Source: Macrostomum lignano (taxonomy: Eukaryota). From it: a DNA stretch of 64,000 nt. Position 1 is the first letter of the stretch. The number at the start of each line of letters is the position of its first letter. The DNA lies in NCBI GenBank assembly GCA_002269645.1, contig NIVC01000967.1, positions 29,008 through 93,007 of the forward strand, given 5' to 3'. The notes below the pieces were generated by a model. The model had not been told where the DNA came from, made no database searches, and saw only the letters and a program-made list of their open reading frames with translations. Below, in pieces: positions 25,405-34,530 of the stretch. Both the position numbers and the translations under genes were made by a program.

Positions 25405-26150
25405 TTGATAGGGTTGATATCAGCTCATTGATATGATAGATAGGGTTGATATCAGCTCATTGATATGATAGATAGGGTTGATATCAGCTCATTGATATGA
25501 TAGATAGGGTTGATATCAGCTCATTGATATGATAGATAGGGTTGATATCAGCTCATTGAAATGATAGATACAGTTGATATCAGCTCATTGATATGATAGA
25601 TAGGGTTGATATCAGCTCATTGATGTGATAGATAGGGTTGATATCAGCTCATTGATGTGATAGATAGGGTTGATATCAGCTCATTGATATGATAGATAGG
25701 GTTGATATCAGCTCATTGATATGATAGATAGGGTTGATATCAGCTCATTGGTGTGATAGATAGGGTTGATATCAGCTCATTGATATGATAGATAGGGTTG
25801 ATATCAACTCATTGATACGATAGATAGGGTTGATATCAGCTCATTGATATGATAGGGTTGATATCAGCTTATTGATATGATAGATAGGGCTGATATCAGC
25901 TCATTGATATGATAGATAGGGTTGATATCAGCTCATTGATATGATAGATAGGGTTGATATCAGCTCATTGATGTGATAGATAGGGTTGATATCAGCTCAT
26001 TGATATGATTGATAGGGTTGATATCAGCTCATTGATATGATTGATAGGGTTGATATCAGCTCATTGATATGATTGATAGGGTTGATATCAGCTCATTGAT
26101 ATGATAGATAGGGTTGATATCAGCTCATTGATATGATTGATACAGTTGAT
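25405..26150. repeat. 32-bp minisatellite (GATAGGGTTGATATCAGCTCATTGATATGATA)n
   Basis: About 23 copies. Confidence 0.96.
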
Positions 26151-26419
26151 ATAAAATAAAATCTGTAAAACTTTTCAGTAACAAAAATAAAAAGGGACAG
26201 GAGAATCACACTACTAATAGTAACAATAATTTATTTAGCGATCTTTATACACTTCTAATCAAGGATTGTCAATCTGCTGATGCCTGCACATGCTGGGTGG
26301 CCATTAACTTAAGTGATTATTTTTGGTTTATAAAATACTGCATCATTTATTTTATCGCCTTCACTCAGAAATGTAGTTGCTTTGGTTATTTCCGTCCCAA
26401 TTTGGTGTTGATTTCGCTG

Positions 26420-26840
26420 CGTCTGCCCTAATTTGTTGTTGATTTTGCTGTGTCTCTCCTAACTTGTTGTTGATTTTGCTGTGTCTCTCCTAACTTGTTG
26501 TTGATTTTGCTGTGTCTCTCCTAACTTGTTGTTGATTTTGCTGTGTCTCTCCTAACTTGTTGTTGATTTTGCTGTGTCTCTCCTAACTTGTTGCTTTGAT
26601 GTGTCTCTCCTAATTTGTTGTTTTTTTTATGTGGTCTCTCCTAATTTGTTGTTGTTTTTTATGTGTCTCTCCTAATTTGTTGTTGATTTTGCTGTCTCTC
26701 CTAATTTGTTGTTGTTTTTTATGTGTCTCTCCTAATTTGTTGTTGTTTTTTGTGTCTCTCCTAATTTGTTGTTGATTTTGCTGTGTCTCTCCTAATTTGT
26801 TGTTGTTTTTTATGTGTCTGCCCTAATTTGTTGTTTGCTG
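26420..26840. repeat. About 31-bp minisatellite (GTGTCTCTCCTAACTTGTTGTTGATTTTGCT)n just 3' of the ADAP stop
   Basis: About 13 degenerate copies. Confidence 0.9.
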
Positions 26841-26860
26841 TGCCTGTCCCTGTTGGGATG

Positions 26861-29131
26861 TCAGACGTTGCTGCGGGTCATCGAGTACAGGCAGTCCTGC
26901 GGAGTAGGCGACGAATCCAGCAGGTTGTCGATGGCGGTGAGCCACTGCTGGCAGGCGGCGGCGGAGTCGGCGGAGAACACATAGTCCCTGTCTGGCGTGC
27001 TCAGAGTGAACACGTGCTGTCCGGCCGGTTTGACCTTCTTCCTGAAGCCGGGCGGGGGCCCAGCCGAGACGCTGTAAGCCGGCCGCTGTCCCAGCCAGAT
27101 CTCGCCTCTCGGCCGCGGCTCCATGAAGCCGGCGCAGTAGAACAGCGACCGGCGCAGCAGGAAGCACCAGCGGCGCTGCCAGGCCTCCGTCTGGTTTGGC
27201 CCGGTCTTGGCCAGCCAGCCGCACACGGCAAAGTCGTAAGTTAGCGGCAGTCGGAGCAGCTCCTCGGGAGACAGCAGCGACACCCGATAGCGATAGTACT
27301 TGCAGCCGCGGATGGCGTTGTACCAGCTGATGATCTCCTGCTCCTGTTCATGGTACACGTACAGGCTGCGAGTGCGGCCCTGGTCCGGGTACAGGATCTG
27401 CATCAGGTTGGGGTGGCTGCCCTCCACGGCGACGCCAACCATCGTCACGTTCAGCTGACAGTGACGGGAGAAAATTTAGCAGCAAATTGAAATTGAAATC
27501 TGTGCCGCTGGTGTGCAAAACACAGAGGGGCCCACAAATACACCTTGAAATCACGGACAGGTGATCAAGGACACGAAGAATTATTTGAAGACAGGCAGTC
27601 AAGACACACGAGGACAGGTCAGCAAAGACACTGAAGGACAGGTCGGCAAAGACACACAAGGACAGGTCAGCAAAGACACACAAGGACAGGTCAGCCATGA
27701 CACACAAGGACAGGTCAGCAAAGACACACAAGGACAGGTCAGCAAAGACACTGAAGGACAGGTCAGCAAAGACACACAAGGACAGGTCAGGCATGACACA
27801 CAAGGACAGGTCAGCAATGACACACAAGGACAGGTCAGGCATGACACACAAGGACAGGTCAGCAATGACACACAAGGACAGGTCAGCAAAGACACACAAG
27901 GACAGGTCAGGCATGACACACAAGGACAGGTCAGCAAAGACACACAAGGACAGGTCAGCAATGACACACAAGGACAGGTCAGCAATGACACACAAGGACA
28001 GGTCAGCAATGACACACAAGGACAGGTCAGCAAAGACACACAAGGACAGGTCAGCAAAGACACACAAGGACAGGTCAGCAATGACACACAAGGACAGGTC
28101 AGCAATGACACACAAGGACAGGTCAGCAAAGACACTGAAGGACAGGTCAGCAATGACACACAAGGACAGGTCAGCAAAGACACACAAGGACAGGTCAGCA
28201 ATGACACACAAGGACAGGTCAGCAATGACACACAAGGACAGGTCAGCAAAGACACACAAGGACAGGTCAGCAATGACACACAAGGACAGCTTAGTAAAGA
28301 CGCAATAACCAAACAAAGCCCATCCCACAGTGGCCCAACTCACCCTATCAATGGGAATGGTGGCCTTGACCTCCCTAGCGCTGCCGTCCTTCACAAAGTA
28401 CCGCAGATAATTATCCCTCTCGGACAGTTCAAAAAGTCTGGAAAAGTACTTGTCCGAATCTTTCGACCGTTTCCACAGTTGGCCCTCCTTGGTGAAGCCG
28501 CCGCCGCCGCCCATCCGATGGTAGGCGGCCTGCAGTGCGGGGTCGCAGAACTCCCTGCGCCTGTACTTGGCCAGCACGAACTGGTGCCGGATGGCGTCCG
28601 CCTCACTGACTGCGTGCGGTTTTGGCCGGCGATAGAAGGCCGGCAGGTTGCGCTCGAGCTCCTGGGCCACCGCCAGATTGCCCAGCAGGCTAGCCAGCTC
28701 GGCCGGCTGCCAGGAGTCCCGGTCAACCGATCTGGTGTGGAATCCCAGCCGCCTGTGGAATTGTGCGGACATTGTTTAGGATTTTAAATTGGGGAACCCA
28801 GTCTAATTCCCCTTTTAGACCAACTATTGCTATTGGCTATTCCAGTGGACACCCAGATCTTGCTATTAGATTCCAGTGGACACCCAGATCTTGCTATTAG
28901 ATTCCAGTGGACACCCGCTCACGAAGGTCACCTGTAGACGGCGGCGCAGGCTACGCAAGCAAAGGTGCCGCCAGTCTCCAGGCCGACTACGCTAGTTGGC
29001 CTGGCGCCGCACTCTGCGCAGCTGGCATTCTCGCCTTTATTGGCTAGGGCGCGTATCGGCGAAACTGCCTCGCCGCTATTGGCTGGCTGGCTGTAGCCAG
29101 GCGACTTCTGATTGGCCGAGGCGAAAGCCAT
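26861..29131 (-). CDS. ADAP1: ArfGAP with dual PH domains (centaurin-alpha, ADAP1/2 family). Exons 29131-28932, 28752-28344, 27454-26861, about 400 aa.
   Basis: Zn finger CAEC...CVAC-x4-R, then GN...E..LPAFY.RP and AKY.RREF. PH1 KEGQLWKRSK...LFEL and YHEQEQEIISWYNAIR. PH2 GWLAKTGPNQTEAWQRRW...RGEIWLG and TPDRDYVF. Phases 2 and 0 are consistent. Confidence 0.93.
27595..28290. repeat. 24-bp minisatellite (GACACACAAGGACAGGTCAGCAAA)n, ADAP intron 2
   Basis: About 29 copies; source of the DTQGQVSK and LSLCVIAD ORFs. Confidence 0.97.
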
Positions 29132-29344
29132 CTGCTATTGGTTGACGCTTTTCTTGCTACTGCAATGCGTCAATCATTTTAGGACAGAAAAATGAGCGGC
29201 CTAGATTTGGCATTCGATATTCTACTTAAACTACTTAAAACGGTGTAAATCAAGTAGTATTTGAAATCAACTCGGTTTACAAAATCGAAATTTTACAACG
29301 TAAAAGCGTAAGGAACATGAAACACAGAATTAGCTGCCAACGAT

Positions 29345-29682
29345 TTAGGTTATGGTAGGGTTAGATGAGGGTTAGGGTTTAGGTTAGGATAAGGTAGGCT
29401 TTAAGTGAGGGTTAGGGTTTAGATCATGGTAGGGTTTATGGTTTAAACTAGGGTTTACGTTACGTTAGGGCTTAAGTGAGGGTTAGAGTTTAGGTTAGAG
29501 AAGGGTTCAGGTGATCGAGGGTTAGAGTTTAGGTTAGGGTAGGGTTATGAGTTTTTGTTACGGTAGGGTTTAGGAGAGCTTAGAGTTTATGTTACGGTAG
29601 GGTTTAGGAGACGGTTAGAGTTTAGGTTACGGTAGGGTTGGGTCTAGGGCGGGTTGGGTCTAGGGTGGGTTGGGTCTAGGGC
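29345..29682 (+). repeat. Degenerate interstitial telomere-like (TTAGGG/TTTAGG) tract
   Basis: Many GGTTAGGGTT, TTTAGG and TTAGAG variants, ending in GGGTTGGGTCTAG triplets. Confidence 0.7.
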
Positions 29683-30384
29683 CAGCAGTCAATTGTCGTA
29701 GACCCAGAAGCACAATAATGTTAAATACTTAGAAAGTTTACAAAGTAAAAACTTATATGCTAAAAATTTGCTAATAGACTAACCAATTAAGCATTCTGGA
29801 CTATCAGCTAGAAAAATAAAACCGAAAGTTCAGTTAACAACCTGAATAATAGAATCAACGGGTTATGTGTTGTGTGTATTTTTCTACAAATTAGAAGCAC
29901 ATATTGATCTTGTAGAGTAGTAAACGTTGCCAGATTCTATTATAGAAGCTAGTCTATTATAGAAGCTAGTGGACCCGGCAGCGACAGAAAAGTAATCATA
30001 ATAACAATAAAAGCTATTAGCAATAATAATTAAGCGAATATGAATGAAAGCCTATGAATTCCTGCACAGGACAGACATACGCGCGGATATGCCTAATGGT
30101 CTGAGCCAAATCACCTTCCTTTGCTTTTAATTGAAGATTTCAAATAATAAAAAATTATAAAAGGAAAGTATTGGGCCCAGCTACCAATGCTACATTTCGA
30201 ACAATATATATATAATTGATCTACAAGATAGATTACTAACTATTAGACTTAAGGATAATATAATAGAATAATAAATTGACCGCAATGTACCCTTGGCTTT
30301 AGGGATATGGATAGCGAATAACGGGGATAAAACCCGTATAGAAAGTTCATAGAATAATAGACCTGTCATAGTGTCTTTATGCCT

Positions 30385-30512
30385 TGGCTGACCTGTCCTA
30401 GTGTGTCATGGCTGACCTGTCCTTGTGTGTCATGGCTGACCTGTCCTAGTGTGTCTTTGCTGACCTGTCCTTGTGTGTCATGGCTGACCTGTCCTAGTGT
30501 GTCTTTGCTGAC
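30385..30512. repeat. Short 24-bp array, reverse complement of the 27595-28290 unit
   Basis: TTTGCTGACCTGTCCTTGTGTGTC units. Confidence 0.9.
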
Positions 30513-30662
30513 TCTACTGTTACACATTGCTTGAAAATATTTAGGTAAAGTTTAGGAAAAGTTTAGGTTTGTGAAACTACTAAAGCACTGTTCCAGTCAG
30601 AAGAACGCTTGAATCAATGGAAGAAGACAGCCGGCCATTGAAACACGGCAGCTGTCAGAGCC

Positions 30663-33048
30663 TCAGATCTTAGTGAGCAGGCGGCAGGATGACGAAGCGT
30701 CAACCTTGCTGCTGTCCTCCTCGGCGTTAACAGACTTGACAACGTTGTCCACAACGTGCATAGAGAACCGGCGACAGCGGACGCTGCCAAGAACGGCTGT
30801 CAGATCGATGTCCATGCCCAGGGCTTTGGCGAACTCGGCCCGACTGTCGGCTAGCATCAGCACCTGGCAGTTTGGAATTGATTTAGGAAGTTTTAAAACT
30901 ATCATTTCTACTTACAGTAGCGTACAAAGCCTTTCACCTAACTTTAATCACTCAATGCTCGATTTTTAATAACAAATTGGTGCAGAATAAGGAATAATAT
31001 TCTCGAAGAGCCACGACCTCTGGTTCGACTCCCCCCTCAGGCACAGAGAATGTACATGCCTGACGATTAGAAAGTCGGGGCCGCTGTACGAACTGTGTCT
31101 GCGTACAGCAGGGGCTGGCAAACTTTTTTTACCTGAAGCGACCAGATAAAGAATCTGGATCATTGCTGCGGGCCGGATGAGACAGGAAAGCACAGGGCCG
31201 GGCGATAGAAAAGGAAAGAAGAGATGAAAGATGACAGAAGAGAGGAGAGATGAGTGTTATGATGAGAGAAGTTGAGAGGAGAGAAAAGACAGGAGAGCAG
31301 AGCAGAGGAGATCAGAGCAGAGAGGAGAGGAAAAGGAGAAGAGAGGAGAGGAGAGGAGAGAGGAGATGAGAGGAGGGAGGAGAGGAGAGGAGAGGAAAAG
31401 GAGAAGAGAGCAGAGCAGAGGAGATCAGAGCAGAGAGGAGAGGAAGGGAGAGGAGTAGAGGGTAGGACTAGGAGAGGAGAGGAGAGAGGAGATGAGAGGA
31501 GAGAGGAGAGGAGAGGAGATGAAAAGGAGAAGAGAGGAGAGGAGAGGAGAGAGGAGAGGAGAGGAGATGAAAAGGAGAAGAGAGGAGATGAGAGGAGAGA
31601 GGAGAGGAGAGGAGATGAAAAGGAGAAGAGAGATGAGAGGAGAGAGGAGAGGAGAGGGGAGGAAAAGGATAAGAGAGGAGAGGAGAGGGAAGGAAAAGGA
31701 TAAGAGAGGAGAGGAGAGGAGAGAGGAGATGAGAGGAGAGAGGAGATGAGAGGAGAGAGGAGAGGAGAGGAGATGAAAAGGAGAAGAGAGGAGAGGAGAG
31801 GAGAGAGGAGAGGAGAGGAGATGAAAAGGAGAAGAGAGGAGATGAGAGGAGAGAGGAGAGGAGAGGAGATGAAAAGGAGAAGAGAGGAGATGAGAGGAGA
31901 GATGAGAGGAGAGGGGAGGAAAAGGATAAAAGAGGAGAGGAGAGGAGAGAGGAGATGAGAGGAGAGAGGAGATGAGAGGAGAGAGGAGAGGAGAGGAAAA
32001 GGAGAAGAGAGGAGAGGAGAGGAGAGAGGAGAGGAGAGGAAAAGGAGAAGAGAGGAGAGAAGAGGAGAGAGGAGATGAGAGGAGAGAGGAGAGGAGAGGA
32101 AAAGGAGAAGAGAGGAGAGAAGAGGAGAGAGGAGATGAGAGGAGAGAGGAGAGGAGAGGAGAGGAAAAGGAGAAGAGAGCAGAGCAGAGGAGATCAGAGC
32201 AGAGAGGAGAGGAAGGGAGAGGAGGAGAGGGTAGGACTAGGAGAGGAGAGGAGAGAGGAGAGGAGAGGAAAAGGAGGAGAGAGGAGAGAAGAGGAGAGAG
32301 GAGAGAAGAGGAGAGAGGAGATGAGAGGAGAGAGGAGAGGAGAGGAAAAGGAGAAGAGAGGAGAGGAGAGGAGAGAGGAGATGAGAGGAGAGAGGAGAGG
32401 AGAGGAGAGGAGAGAGGAGAGGAGAGGAGATGAGAGGAGAGAGGAGAGGAGAGGAAAAGGAGAAGAGAGGAGAGGAGAGGAGAGAGGAGATGAGAGGAGA
32501 GGGGAAAGGAAAGGAGAGGAAAGCGTGGAGAACTGAGAAGGGAAACTTACCCTGAGGGAGCCGGGTTGCTATTCTAAAGTTTCAAAAGACCTGAGGGCTG
32601 GACAGAGGCTTCCCGGTCGAAAGTTTGCCGACTCCTGGCTTACAGTGTTGGCGCGCTTGCATGTGCTCAGGAGTGAGCGGAATGGGCAGAATTGCCGTCA
32701 GCGCCGCTTGTGGGCTGCTAATAAGGCATAATTATGAATATTATCATGAGTCAAGCAACTAACCTTGTCACCAGATCCCAGGGCGCCAGCCCAGGCGGCC
32801 ATCACGAACGGATCGTTAACAGCCACGCAGATCACCAGGTTGACACCTTTGGCTTTGAGCTTGTCAAAGTCGGCTACAAAGCCGGGCAGGTGGCTGCTGT
32901 GGCAGGTCGGCGTGAAAGCCCCGGGGACGCCGACAATGACAACCGACTTGCCGGCGCAGAGCTCGTCAATGCGGACCGGCTTGTTAGGAGCGCCGTCGAA
33001 CAGAGTGACCTGCGGCAGTCGGTCGCCTGGCTTCACTTGGCTGGTCAT
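30663..33048 (-). CDS. PRDX5: Peroxiredoxin-5. Exons 33048-32764 and 30863-30663, 161 aa.
   Basis: VKPGDRLP, peroxidatic motif VPGAFTPTCHSSHLPG, CVAVNDPFVMAAW, LADSRAEFAKALG and RRFSM. Phase-0 junction AAG|GTTAGT ... GCCAG|GTG. Confidence 0.95.
31109..32637. mobile_element. hAT/Charlie-like (MER58-type) non-autonomous element in the PRDX5 intron, with an internal GA-rich expansion
   Basis: TIRs CAGGGGCTGGCAAACTT and AAGTTTGCCGACTCCTG. The 8-bp flanks GCGTACAG and GCTTACAG match at 7/8, as expected for a hAT TSD. Confidence 0.8.
31230..32520. repeat. Purine-only GAGAG/GAGGA low-complexity expansion
   Basis: Nearly all A/G on the + strand; source of the RGEER ORFs. Confidence 0.97.
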
Positions 33049-33211
33049 GGCTGTTTAGCTTAGCTGAAGTGGCAGAAATTTGCACATCAATTAGGTAGTT
33101 AAGTTTGCATAGCAGCCTGTTAGCCCCGGAGACACGCAGTCATGCCCAAGCGCAAGCTGTTTGTACAACAGGCAACAAATCAATGACGCGAGAGTCAGCT
33201 GTTCGATTTCC

Positions 33212-33661
33212 ACTACAGATACTAAAATAACTAGATGGGCCACTCAGGCAAATATATTTAGTAAAACAGCTTTCTACTTTCAGTTCAGTAGCAAAGAAGA
33301 ATACATAAGCTATTTTATAAAAATAAAGACAATTGAAACAACTTTGATAAGTTTAGAAGCCCAAGCTTGCAGGCAGGCGTAAACAACTTGCTAATTGGTT
33401 CAGCAATAATGTACATAAGCCTGTCCACTGAAATGTACATTGCAGCTTTAGGCTGGAATTCCCAGAAAGGCAGTAAAGATTGGGGCGTGGGTAGTGTGGA
33501 AAGGCGCTGTTGGAGGGTTAAGACTGAGGGATAAAAGCCAATAAATGAGCCTTGGCTTTAAAAATACATTAAAATGCATCTTTTTAACTTACTACTGAAC
33601 TGAAAGTAGCTTACACGCAAATTTACTGAGTGGCGCATCCAGTCATTCTAGTATCTGTGGT
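33212..33661. mobile_element. MITE-like element with about 75-80-bp imperfect terminal inverted repeats
   Basis: 33212-33294 (ACTACAGATACTAAAATAACTAGATGGGCCACTCAG...CTACTTTCAGTTCAGTAG) is the reverse complement of 33589-33661. No TSD identified. Confidence 0.6.
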
Positions 33662-33984
33662 CCCCACCGAAATTATAATTTATTTAGTTCGAATTTCTTT
33701 ATATCTTGTATATAAACAAGCATAACATTCGTAAGATAGCAAAATTTCTTAATGAGTAGTATATGACGTAAAATATTCAACCTGGTTTGTGTTAGGAGCA
33801 AGTAAGGCACGAGACGATCTTTATTATAAAATCTGCAAAAAAATCTGAAAAATTGAGCAAAAATACAGAATTAATCTCGTAGAAATCTGGAAGACAAAAA
33901 TGTTGATTTGAAAAAAGTATAGGCAGTAAACACTCTAATTAAGCATATGGAATGGCCTTGAATATTCAACTGTCGATGGTCTAA

Positions 33985-34378
33985 AGTATTCAGCTGTCTA
34001 TGGCCTAGAGTATTCACCAGTCTATGACCTAGATTATTCACCAGTCTATGGCCTAGAGTATTCACCAGTCTATGGCCTAGAGTATTCACCAGTCTATGGC
34101 CTAGAGTATTCACCAGTCTATGGCCTAGAGTATTCACCAGTCTATGGCCTAGAGTATTCACCAGTCTATGGCCAAGAGTATTCACCTGTCTATGGCGATG
34201 GCCTAGTTAGAGTATTCACCTGTCTATGGCATAGACTATTCAGCTGTCTATGGCCTAGAATATTCACCTGTCTATGGCATAGAGTATTCACCAGTCTATG
34301 GCCTAGAGTATTCAGCTGTCTATGGCCTAGAGTATTCAGCTGTCTATGGCCTAGAGTATTCAGCTGTCTATGGCCTAG
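33985..34378. repeat. 24-bp minisatellite (TATTCACCAGTCTATGGCCTAGAG)n
   Basis: About 16 copies. Confidence 0.95.
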
Positions 34379-34530
34379 CGTTAAAACAACATTTCTAAGT
34401 AAAAAATAATACAAAATAGACGCTCGAAATGTTAATAATGAACTGGTAAAATGAAAAATAGACAAGATCCGATAATACGAGATTCAGCAGTTTGGCTACA
34501 GACAGAAGCAAAAAAACACAATATGAATTG

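Noticed and set aside
27348-28787. Long ORFs with LSLCVIAD / DTQGQVSK repeats
   Set aside because: A canonical donor at 28343 and acceptor at 27455 remove the array, and the PH domain is only contiguous after splicing.
31015-31045. tRNA T-loop/B-box-like GGTTCGACTCC
   Set aside because: The T-stem does not pair and I found no A-box or cloverleaf; at most a SINE remnant.
31272-32536. Arg/Glu/Gly-rich ORFs
   Set aside because: Translation of a purine-only low-complexity tract, antisense within the PRDX5 intron.
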